Origin: Promethearchaeota archaeon
GTDB lineage: Archaea > Asgardarchaeota > Thorarchaeia > Thorarchaeales > Thorarchaeaceae
NCBI GenBank assembly: GCA_048939765.1
Contig: JBHLPF010000019.1
Location: forward strand, 3,754-26,133
Direction of reading: 5' to 3'
DNA length: 22,380 nt
This document shows positions 9,223 to 17,695 of the stretch, one piece after another (the first letter of the stretch is position 1; the number at the start of each line of letters is the position of its first letter). Both the position numbers and the translations under genes were made by a program. The notes beneath the pieces are model-generated. The model saw only the letters and a list, made by a program, of their open reading frames with translations. It was not told where the DNA came from and ran no database searches.

Positions 9223-9939
9223 TTATGCATCTTTGAGAATTGACTTGAGTTCTCTGACTAGTTCTGCGTCCACTCTTCCACCTGTTCTATCCCCTCCCGG
9301 AAGAGCGGCAGTTCTGACACCTATGATGTCAGGTTTGAGGCCAGCTGCGGTCTTGAAGGATTCGCCTGCTAACGATCCAGCTAGTGCTACCTCAAGGCCA
9401 TTCTCCCTAGCTTTTTCAATATATGTAACAACATTGTCCTCTGGCATGAAAACGAATAGGTCTCGACCATCCTTTATTGCAGTGTCGACCATTACAATTT
9501 CCACGCCGGCAGAATGTGCGATATCGGGAAGCAGCATTGGGTCCATAGTCCCTGCACGCAGATGATCTCCATAGAGCGCGGCAACTGCCTTGCTCTTGCA
9601 ATCAAAGTCCCCAAGTGTATCAACGACATTTGTCAAAATGTAGACTGCATCCTCCTCCTTTGACACACCATGAAGCCCGATTTTTACGTAGTCTGCACCT
9701 GCTTGTGCAGCGCCCAGAGCAGCTTGTGCAATTGTGCCTGGGAGATTCGGAACATCGCCGAGAGCCGCACTTACAGGAATGGTCCTCTCTACAACCTCTC
9801 TGATCTTCCGTATCATTGCTGGAGATGCTGCTCCAAGAGACCCCTCAAACGGGTTCTTGACATCAATAATGTCCGCCCCTCCCTTTACTGCCTCCAGAGC
9901 GTCCAGCTCATCTGTTGGACTCACGAGAAGCTTTGCCAT
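9223..9939 (-). CDS. mfnB: MfnB, (5-formylfuran-3-yl)methyl phosphate synthase
   Basis: KLLVSP, GGADIIDVKNP.EGSLGA, VSAALGD, ADYVKIG, MVDTAIKDG, ALAGSL, PDIIGVR. ATG 9939 preferred; GTG 9957 possible. Confidence 0.92.
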   Translation of the reverse strand: MAKLLVSPTDELDALEAVKGGADIIDVKNPFEGSLGAASPAMIRKIREVVERTIPVSAALGDVPNLPGTIAQAALGAAQAGADYVKIGLHGVSKEEDAVYILTNVVDTLGDFDCKSKAVAALYGDHLRAGTMDPMLLPDIAHSAGVEIVMVDTAIKDGRDLFVFMPEDNVVTYIEKARENGLEVALAGSLAGESFKTAAGLKPDIIGVRTAALPGGDRTGGRVDAELVRELKSILKDA

Positions 9940-10052
9940 ATTGGACACAGTATCCACTCTGGAAACGCTACTAATGACTGCTCCGATTTATGAATTCCAT
10001 GTTATATGGAGAGGTTATCTCTCTCAAGCAGACTAATGCATTAATCCCTGAC

Positions 10053-10442
10053 TCAGTCATCTTGCGAATAATAAAGAGCAGATTTGTCCTTGTACTTTCT
10101 TGCACAATTCTGACAGGTTATCATGCCGTTCTCGTCTAGCATATCTTCACGAAGGAGATAGAACGCCCCGCAATGGGGGCATTTTGTGCGAGGTACGTCC
10201 GCATACTTCGCTTCTATAGAATCTCGAATGTCCAAAACGGCAAGTTCACAGGCGTCGCACTTGAGACCAGTAAGTTTGGACTCTAGGAGTCGTGCATTAG
10301 AGCCATCCATGGTCAATAATTTCGCTTCAACATCCTCCACCCAGAACATGAAGTTTCTTCCTCCCACAACAATAAATCCCTCACTCATTGCTCTACCGCA
10401 GTACGGGCATGTATTACTTTGGATAGATGGACTAATTCCCAT
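10053..10442 (-). CDS. Double zinc-ribbon protein
   Basis: Four CxxC pairs: CPYC...CDAC and CPHC...CQNC. Confidence 0.8.
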   Translation of the reverse strand: MGISPSIQSNTCPYCGRAMSEGFIVVGGRNFMFWVEDVEAKLLTMDGSNARLLESKLTGLKCDACELAVLDIRDSIEAKYADVPRTKCPHCGAFYLLREDMLDENGMITCQNCARKYKDKSALYYSQDD

Positions 10443-10504
10443 ATGAGGACTCAGACATGAGACAAAATAAATGGAGCACTTAAGAAGAATCGCTGATCCA
10501 GTAG

Positions 10505-10617
10505 GAGAAAAAGCGGTGTCGGGAAGCTGATGACTCAGGATTAACCCGGGCCATCAGCAGTATCCGACTTTTCAACTTGGTCTTGCCCAAGTTGCCGACT
10601 CGGTAGTGTTTTTGGTA
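10505..10617 (-). ncRNA. Candidate structured small RNA or leader
   Basis: Perfect 8-bp and 7-bp stems plus a 5-bp stem; minus-strand TTTAAAAG about 25 nt upstream and a U5 tract at the 3' end. No family recognised. Confidence 0.4.
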
Positions 10618-10695
10618 TGGAACATAAGCAGCCTCTTCTTTTAAACTCCTGAAATCGAGCAATCAAGGTGTCGAGGAACACACTTAGATGAGCTC

Positions 10696-12669
10696 TCAGA
10701 GTAAACCTACGAGCCATTGCACTATTCTCAAACAGAGTCTGTCATTGGATGTTGAACCATACTCTCCATTGATACCCCAATTGTCCATGAAATAGTTGGT
10801 GCCAGTTACGACAAGTCTTCCCCCGCCCGCATCCTCTGACACGCTCAGCAGGTCATTGCTGCCATATCTGCCAAGAGTTGTCGCGCCTGCAGGTTCAATG
10901 ACTGCTGCCCCAAGATAATCGAAGCTCCCAACACCTGATGTAATTGTATGCGCAAACACCTGAGTTGCCTCGACTGGATTGTTCCCATCAGAAACAAGGG
11001 TGAAACTGAGAGAGTATCCTGTCCAATCGATGAAGTCATTGAGCTTGGCAACATCCAATGATGCATTTGACAGTCCAGTGACAAAGAGCCCTCCGCCTGA
11101 GTCATAATAGTCTTGGTAGGCCTGCTTGGTGTCTTGTGCAAATGGCATTGAGAATGTCACACTATCTAATGGATCAGTTTCGTTGTCGTCCCAGACAAAT
11201 GGATCGAGAAGTACAACTGCGTCAAACAACTGCAGATAGGACAGGGTGGTCTGAGATTCATCTCTGATTTCGGTGACCGAGATGTCATTTTGTGTTAGCT
11301 CTTTATAGAAATCTCTGAACTGCCCGTATGTTGTATCCATCCACCAAGTTGTGAAACTGATGTCAAATGCAACTCGGGCTAATGCAGCAGAAGCCCCAAA
11401 CTGAACATCAAGAGCCGTGCTTCCAAAGTCATCCGAAGTGAACTCGATTGTTGCCTGATAGCTTGATAAACCTGAGTCTGGCACATAGATATTCAGTGCA
11501 ACGTAGCCAGTCTGGTTGATGGTCACTTGTCCAGGCATGTCGAAGACGCCGAGAGCATTTGCAGTGATATCTATGTTGAATGTTGTATAGCCTGCAGTGA
11601 GCAGATTTATGTCGAAAGTGTAGTTGTCTCCATAGAACAGCCTCTCGAAGTCAAGAGGGAGTGTCCTTGGATGGGCATATGAGATTGCAGGGAGGCCCCC
11701 TTGAACAAGCGTTGACAACATGAGGGCTTTCGAGGCTTCGAGATTCAATTTTCCGGCACCAACAATGTATTCCGGGTGCTCAAGAGGATCAGCTCCTTTC
11801 ATTAAGGCGGTCATGATAGCGCCTGGCGTATATGTGACGTTATTCTTAATACTGTAGGCCATAAGCTCCGCAGCCGCTGCAGCTACTCTTGGTGAGGCGA
11901 AACTGGTGCCAAAGTAACGTGAGTTGCCAACATCAAAGTATCCTGGAGCGCATAGGTCTGGCTTCATATATCTCGATGACGTAGGTCCATAGCTTGTATA
12001 ATCTGCAGGCGCACCAAAGATGTCTAGTCCACCTACAGAGAGGACGTATTCAAATACCCCTGGAGAGTTAATCGTGTTGCCAGCAAGTCCATTGTCCCCT
12101 TCGTTTCCGGCTGCCGCTACAACTACAACCCCGTGATTAAACGCATACTCGGCTGCCTGCTCAATTGGATCACCAACCCCTGGCGTTGCACCAAGGCTTA
12201 GATTAATCACACTGCAGTTCTGGTCTACCGCCCAGTATATCGCTGCAATGACCCCTGCAGAAGTGGCTGTTCCTGTGCTTGCTAGGACTTTTGCATTGAC
12301 TATCATTGCATTTGCGCTATTGGCGGCAACTGCCTTCGCTACAATAGTTCCATGTTGGTTCCCATCAGGTGTTGAATCACTAACATCCGTTTCAGCCAAG
12401 GGGTATCCATATCGAGGCAATACAAAGCTCCGTTCTGCCACTATTCTCCCCTCAATCGTCAGATCACTATCAATTCCAGAATCGATTATTGCCACCCTGA
12501 TAGGCTCTTCCGGACCGGGAAATAGCCCGACATTGGGTAGAAGCAGGAATAGGCCGCCAGACGCAATAATCATAACAATTATCATGAGTGCGATGATTTT
12601 CAAGCTGCTAGATTTCTTCTCAGGCCGAGGTTCATAATAGGGATAAGGCGAGTCGATGTATTCAAACAT
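10696..12669 (-). CDS. Membrane-anchored S8 subtilase with site-1-protease-like C-terminal domains
   Basis: Catalytic D (AIIDSG), H (HGT), oxyanion N (AAGN) and S (GTSFASP); N-terminal KK plus hydrophobic anchor. Start placed at ATG 12669 (MFEYIDSP); the longer ORF-track N-terminus overlaps the ATPase start and looks non-coding. Confidence 0.88.
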   Translation of the reverse strand: MFEYIDSPYPYYEPRPEKKSSSLKIIALMIIVMIIASGGLFLLLPNVGLFPGPEEPIRVAIIDSGIDSDLTIEGRIVAERSFVLPRYGYPLAETDVSDSTPDGNQHGTIVAKAVAANSANAMIVNAKVLASTGTATSAGVIAAIYWAVDQNCSVINLSLGATPGVGDPIEQAAEYAFNHGVVVVAAAGNEGDNGLAGNTINSPGVFEYVLSVGGLDIFGAPADYTSYGPTSSRYMKPDLCAPGYFDVGNSRYFGTSFASPRVAAAAAELMAYSIKNNVTYTPGAIMTALMKGADPLEHPEYIVGAGKLNLEASKALMLSTLVQGGLPAISYAHPRTLPLDFERLFYGDNYTFDINLLTAGYTTFNIDITANALGVFDMPGQVTINQTGYVALNIYVPDSGLSSYQATIEFTSDDFGSTALDVQFGASAALARVAFDISFTTWWMDTTYGQFRDFYKELTQNDISVTEIRDESQTTLSYLQLFDAVVLLDPFVWDDNETDPLDSVTFSMPFAQDTKQAYQDYYDSGGGLFVTGLSNASLDVAKLNDFIDWTGYSLSFTLVSDGNNPVEATQVFAHTITSGVGSFDYLGAAVIEPAGATTLGRYGSNDLLSVSEDAGGGRLVVTGTNYFMDNWGINGEYGSTSNDRLCLRIVQWLVGLL

Positions 12670-12885
12670 AGCGTGCACCAGCGCCGTCTGTTTCGGCTCA
12701 GACTCTTTAGCAGATGAACCTATCGGCAACGGTATTGTTGCAGAGTATCCAGGGAACATCTTGAAAATCTTCGGAAGGAGTGTGCATCCATGGCGAAATA
12801 TAATGCATTGATGATGGAGCTGTAGGGCACAAGTTGATTTATCTGCACACTCTCCATTTGCCCAACAGCAACAAGAGGGACTTTG

Positions 12886-15834
12886 ATGACCGCGGACACT
12901 GCCCAAGAGACTGCTGTTCAACCGCGCAATCTTTACCACTCTATGCCTCTTCCTGCAGTCTTGGAGGATCTAGATGTAGATCCTGATAAGGGCCTCCATA
13001 AACGCGCAGTCAAGTCCCGACTGGAGCAATTTGGTCCAAACGAGCTCCCGAAAATACGAGGGTCGTTTTGGCAGGTATATCTTGCTCCTATTCTTAATTG
13101 GCTCATTACCATATACATCATCAGCTCATTTGCTTTGATTATCCTTGCATACATGTTTCCCTCCCCTGAGAACCAACTTGGACAGGCCATGGTATGGTTG
13201 GGCATCGTCATAGTGAATGCATTGGTGGCCATATTTCAGCAGTATCGTGCACAGAAAAAGCTGGAAGCATTGGAAAAGCTTTCATTGGGTGAAGCTCGCG
13301 TGCTTCGGAATGGCTCAGAGATGAACATTGCTCCAACTGAAATTGTCCCGGGTGATATCATCATCCTTGAGCAGGGTGACAAGATACCGGCTGATGCTAG
13401 AATTCTGCAATGCTCGAATCTTACTACTAACGAAGCATCCCTCACTGGTGAAAGCGTGCCAGTGATAAAGAGCCCGGGCGCTGAAGCTGCAGAAGATGCC
13501 CCATTGACAGACATGCACAACATGGTGTTCTTCGGGACATTCGTCGCGACTGGATCTGCAAAGGTCGTGACTACAACGACGGGCGGTGGAACTGAAATCG
13601 GAAAGATTCAGGGTACGCTAGGTGAATTGAACACAGGGGATATTCCACTGCGGAAGAAGGTCAATCTTCTTGCAAAGTATCTTGGAATCGCGGCTATTAT
13701 CTTGATGGCCACTTCTGTACTCTGGCAGCTCTTCATACAGCCATTATTACTGGGTGAGGAACCTCCAATCTTCTTTGCTCCGGGATTCCAAGAAATGATG
13801 GAGATTATTGCAGGTAGAATTACCGCTGGAATAACTCGAGCTATGACCATCATGCCAATCAACATTCCTCTCTTGACGACCATTGTTCTTCTGACAGGCG
13901 TTCTTGCTATGGCGAAGAAGGGTGTTATCATCAGAGACCTCTCAGCAGTCGAGAGTCTAGGTCGAGTAAGTGTGATTTGCTCGGACAAGACAGGGACACT
14001 CACACGAAATCAAATGGTTGTAAAGTATTGTTGGGACACTGAGTCCCTCTATACTGTAACAGGTGATGGCTACAATCCTGAGGGTGAGATCTACAAGGTC
14101 GGTGATTCTACAACCAACTCTGATGAGCAGTCACTTGTTTCTGAAGTTGCGGCGTGGCCCCATCTGCTTGATCTTATAACTTGCGGCGGCATCAATAATG
14201 ATGCTGAGATTGCTCTTAAAGAGATACCAGACCAAGGGACGATATGGGAGCCCCTCGGAGACCCTACTGACGCAGCCCTGCTAACGCTCTTTCGAAAGAG
14301 CGGTGTGGATGAGCAGCTTGTCCGTGAGCGCTACAAGGTGGTAGAGGAGTTTCCATTTGAGTCTGAACTGAAGAGAATGTCCCGAATATGCCAGGATGGT
14401 GCCAAATTCGTTTCCTATACAAAGGGGGCAACGGAGGTCCTACTCCCAAGATGCAAAACCATCGGGAATGGCAAGAAGCTGGCCTCATTCACTCCTGAAG
14501 CGCAAAAGAGAGTAAAGCATCTTGTCGATGGTTACGCAACGAGAGGATACAGAGTCATATCCCTGGCTAAGAAGAGAATGGATGCTCTACCTCCTGAGAA
14601 AGGCGCTCGGGAGGTTGTAGAGAGCGACCTAACGTACCTTGGCTTTGCATGCATAGTGGACCCTCCAAGAGATGGTGTAAAGCATGCCGTTGAAGAATGC
14701 CACAGTGCAGGTATCAACGTTGTCATGATAACCGGCGACTCTGCAGCCACGGCAAAGACCATTGCCGAAGACCTCGGCATCTATAGACAAAACTCTCTGG
14801 TTGTTGAGGGGCAAGATGTCGATGATGTCAAGGATGAGGACTTCCCGCGTGTCAATGTATTTGCCCGTGTAAATCCTGAGCACAAACAGATCATTGTTGA
14901 ACGTTACCAGGATCAAAAGCGGGTCGTCGCTATGACTGGAGATGGCGTCAATGACTCACTCGCTTTAGCGATGAGCGACGCGGGAATCGCGATGGGCATT
15001 ACAGGTACTGATGTGGCCAAAGAGGCTGCTGATCTAGTGATCACAGATGACAGTTTCGCTTCGATAGTCACAGGAGTCCATGAAGGAAGGGGTCTTTTCC
15101 AGAAGATCAGGATGATGATCTACTTCTACATTGCCATCAACCTGTTCGAGAGTGTCCTGTTCTTTGGTGCCCTTTTCATTCTGCCCGCCGTCATCGTCAT
15201 GCTGACTACATGGCAGAGCCTCTACCTGGTTGTGACCACGCATTCGTTTCCAGGACTAGCTTTGGTATTCGACAAGACCTCACCTAGGGCTATGGAAGAG
15301 AAACCAAGAGATAGCGAAGAAATCATTCCAAAACCGCTGGCGAAGTTCATGGCATTGAATGTGGTTTTGATGATATTTGGAGCAGCTATGGTATACATGC
15401 TCACCCTGACTGGATGGTGGGGCATAATCACTGTTGTCCCGGAGAATCTCACTGGCTTCTACGGTTCTACTGGTTTTGCAGAAGCCGTAACATTAGAAGC
15501 AGCAAAAGCGGCTGTTATGATGCTATCAGTGATCCTCCTTGTTGAGAGCACTATTGTCCTAAGTATCCGCAGAATCAACATGGGTATTGAGAAGAGTCTC
15601 CGCGAACCAGGTACCTATCGATATGCAATCTTTCTGGGCTTAATCTATCTGGCACACTACTTGTTGATGTATGTTCCACTAGCCCAGGAGATTCTCTACC
15701 CGTATGGCCTCAACTTCTACTTCATGCCGCTCACAATCATTGACTGGCTGATTGTTCTCCTGTTCTCACTTCCAGCAATCGTTGGGGTTGAACTCTACAA
15801 GCGTCGGTTGAGAAAGAAAGGAGTCAATCTCTGA
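12886..15834 (+). CDS. P-type ATPase, type IIA-like scaffold with non-canonical transport site
   Basis: PGD, PAD, TGES, DKTGTLT, GDPTD, KGATE, DPPR, MITGD, FARVNPEHK, TGDGVND; ~10 TM; RBS GAGGGA before ATG 12886 (TTG 12883 possible). Confidence 0.95.
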   Translation: MTADTAQETAVQPRNLYHSMPLPAVLEDLDVDPDKGLHKRAVKSRLEQFGPNELPKIRGSFWQVYLAPILNWLITIYIISSFALIILAYMFPSPENQLGQAMVWLGIVIVNALVAIFQQYRAQKKLEALEKLSLGEARVLRNGSEMNIAPTEIVPGDIIILEQGDKIPADARILQCSNLTTNEASLTGESVPVIKSPGAEAAEDAPLTDMHNMVFFGTFVATGSAKVVTTTTGGGTEIGKIQGTLGELNTGDIPLRKKVNLLAKYLGIAAIILMATSVLWQLFIQPLLLGEEPPIFFAPGFQEMMEIIAGRITAGITRAMTIMPINIPLLTTIVLLTGVLAMAKKGVIIRDLSAVESLGRVSVICSDKTGTLTRNQMVVKYCWDTESLYTVTGDGYNPEGEIYKVGDSTTNSDEQSLVSEVAAWPHLLDLITCGGINNDAEIALKEIPDQGTIWEPLGDPTDAALLTLFRKSGVDEQLVRERYKVVEEFPFESELKRMSRICQDGAKFVSYTKGATEVLLPRCKTIGNGKKLASFTPEAQKRVKHLVDGYATRGYRVISLAKKRMDALPPEKGAREVVESDLTYLGFACIVDPPRDGVKHAVEECHSAGINVVMITGDSAATAKTIAEDLGIYRQNSLVVEGQDVDDVKDEDFPRVNVFARVNPEHKQIIVERYQDQKRVVAMTGDGVNDSLALAMSDAGIAMGITGTDVAKEAADLVITDDSFASIVTGVHEGRGLFQKIRMMIYFYIAINLFESVLFFGALFILPAVIVMLTTWQSLYLVVTTHSFPGLALVFDKTSPRAMEEKPRDSEEIIPKPLAKFMALNVVLMIFGAAMVYMLTLTGWWGIITVVPENLTGFYGSTGFAEAVTLEAAKAAVMMLSVILLVESTIVLSIRRINMGIEKSLREPGTYRYAIFLGLIYLAHYLLMYVPLAQEILYPYGLNFYFMPLTIIDWLIVLLFSLPAIVGVELYKRRLRKKGVNL

Positions 15835-15928
15835 AAGCGCTTGGTATCATCCTAATCCTTACATCCAGTCTGTTGTACCACAGGACATATTTGGAGTGGT
15901 TATCTTCTCACTCAGAGGAGGTTCCAAA

Positions 15929-16366
15929 ATGGGTTTCAAAGTCGTAACAAAGAAGATGATTGATGCTCCCACCGAAGCAACAGTCCTTGTACCTGATAAG
16001 CCAGATGACTACTTTGGCATTCTTCTCAAATACGTTCCAGTTCCTGTGATTGCTGGATACAAATTGATCGAGGAGATGTTTGTTGCAGCAGGACGGACCG
16101 GAGAGATGCCTCTGGTGTATCTATTGTTCCTTGTTATAACTCCCCTCGCAGTGGCGGGCATTACCAAAGAAGAGAGCCCGCTAGACATGGAACATCTAAA
16201 GTCCATTAAGGTTCAGATTGTAATGGCTACTCTGGGATTCATTATATGGACCCTGGTGATGAGCACATGGATAGCCTTCGACCCCTTATGGGGTACTGTA
16301 TTCCTTGTACTCTTCACGGTTGGTGCTCCAGCAGTGGGCAAGGGACTGTATGAGAAGGGACTATAG
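15929..16366 (+). CDS. Hypothetical 4-TM membrane protein
   Basis: GGAGG RBS before ATG 15929; four hydrophobic segments; motifs DDYFGILLKYVP and QIVMATLGFIIW. Confidence 0.78.
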   Translation: MGFKVVTKKMIDAPTEATVLVPDKPDDYFGILLKYVPVPVIAGYKLIEEMFVAAGRTGEMPLVYLLFLVITPLAVAGITKEESPLDMEHLKSIKVQIVMATLGFIIWTLVMSTWIAFDPLWGTVFLVLFTVGAPAVGKGLYEKGL

Positions 16367-16507
16367 TATCCTTGTTCCATGGCCCCCATGTTTGTTTCCT
16401 GAGTTAAACAGATTAGACTATATACATGGATATACGCTGCTAATTCTCTTATATACAACCCATATATATCCGGCTTACGCTCTCTGAAAACGGAGTTCTG
16501 ATTTACA

Positions 16508-17362
16508 TTGGTAAGAAAGACTACACATGGAATCCGCTTAATGAAGAAGAAGGGCAAGAAGATAGTGATGCTCACAGCTTATGACACACCATCTGCACAG
16601 ATTCTGAGTGAATGTGGAGTGGACATGATTCTGGTTGGTGATTCAGTCGGCAACAGCATGCTAGGATATGAAACCACTATTCCAGTCACTCTTGAAGATG
16701 TGATCCATCACTCTGCTGCGGTATCACGCGCAAAACCAGACTGTCTCATTGTGGGTGATATGCCCTTCATGAGCTATAAGGTGAGCGTGGAGCAAGCCCT
16801 TGAAAACTGCGCACGCATGCTGCAGGAGGGCGGGGCTGAAGCAGTCAAGATAGAGGGCGCAGGAAGGGTGGTTGACATTGTTCGAGCTGTGGTGGATTCT
16901 GGAATTCCAGTAATGGGACATATCGGATTGACTCCCCAGTCTATCTATCAAGTGGGAGGCTATCGAGTTCAAGGACGTACTGCCAAGCAGACCAAGGAGA
17001 TGGTCAAGCAGGCTCAGGCGCTTGAGGATGCTGGGGCTTTCTCAATTGTGATCGAACTTGCGCCTTCAGAAACCGCTAAAGTGATTACGGAAGCAATAGG
17101 CATCCCAACGATCGGGATTGGTGCAGGCCCATACTGTGACGGACAAGTTCTTGTTCTGCCCGATATGCTCGGACTGTTTCAAGACTTCAAGCCGAAGTTC
17201 GTGAAGAGATATGCAAACATCCGCGAGGTCATCGAAAATGCCGTGAAGGAGTATTCCTCAGAGGTGCGTGAAGGCACGTTTCCAGATGCCGATTACAGTT
17301 TCGAGATGACTGAGGAGGAAACCGGGCGTCTATATGGCAGAACAAAACCAGAACAGGACTAA
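16508..17362 (+). CDS. panB: 3-methyl-2-oxobutanoate hydroxymethyltransferase
   Basis: MLTAYD, LVGDS, VGDMPFMSY, AVKIEG, MGHIGLTPQ, PTIGIGAG..CDGQVLV, PKFVKRY. Confidence 0.96.
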   Translation: MVRKTTHGIRLMKKKGKKIVMLTAYDTPSAQILSECGVDMILVGDSVGNSMLGYETTIPVTLEDVIHHSAAVSRAKPDCLIVGDMPFMSYKVSVEQALENCARMLQEGGAEAVKIEGAGRVVDIVRAVVDSGIPVMGHIGLTPQSIYQVGGYRVQGRTAKQTKEMVKQAQALEDAGAFSIVIELAPSETAKVITEAIGIPTIGIGAGPYCDGQVLVLPDMLGLFQDFKPKFVKRYANIREVIENAVKEYSSEVREGTFPDADYSFEMTEEETGRLYGRTKPEQD

Positions 17363-17424
17363 GCCTAGTATCCACTCAAGAAATCCAGTTGTGGAGCTGG
17401 TCTTGCTCCCGTGAAAAAGTAGGA

Positions 17425-17634
17425 TTATTCTTCCTTCTCAATGACGTCATTCAGCGCCTCGACGAGCTTGTCGGGATCGATGCCATGGGCTTGGGCACCC
17501 TGCTCGATGTTTTCGAACCTGGCTACTGCACAGCCGTAGCAGTGTAGTCCCCACTCCATGAATGTCCCTGCGGTCTCAGGCCACTTCATGACCACTTCGC
17601 CAATTGTCATTTCCTTTGTGATAGCTTCCGCCAT
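17425..17634 (-). CDS. DUF1858-type small CxxC domain protein
   Basis: ITKEMTIGEVV..WPET...F...GLHCYGC....FE.IEQGA.AHGID; GGTGA RBS before ATG 17634. Confidence 0.85.
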   Translation of the reverse strand: MAEAITKEMTIGEVVMKWPETAGTFMEWGLHCYGCAVARFENIEQGAQAHGIDPDKLVEALNDVIEKEE

Positions 17635-17695
17635 TATCTCTTCACCATCGTTAATCGATGTACATATTGAACCCATTTTTCCGTGCTTATATGCT

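Noticed and set aside
10470-10540. Fluoride-riboswitch-like words ATGGAG...AATCGC...GCTGATGACTC on the plus strand
   Set aside because: The P1 stem around GAUGGAG is missing and there is no plus-strand gene downstream.
10564-10604. Resemblance to the Cas9 tracrRNA 3' end (ACCGAGTCGG, CAACTTG)
   Set aside because: Short words in a different order; no cas genes or repeat array in the window.
12670-12939. 90-aa N-terminal extension of the protease in the ORF track
   Set aside because: Overlaps the divergent ATPase start and promoter; composition looks non-coding.
16415-16470. Repeated ATATAC/TATATA words upstream of panB
   Set aside because: Low-complexity AT-rich promoter sequence with irregular spacing.
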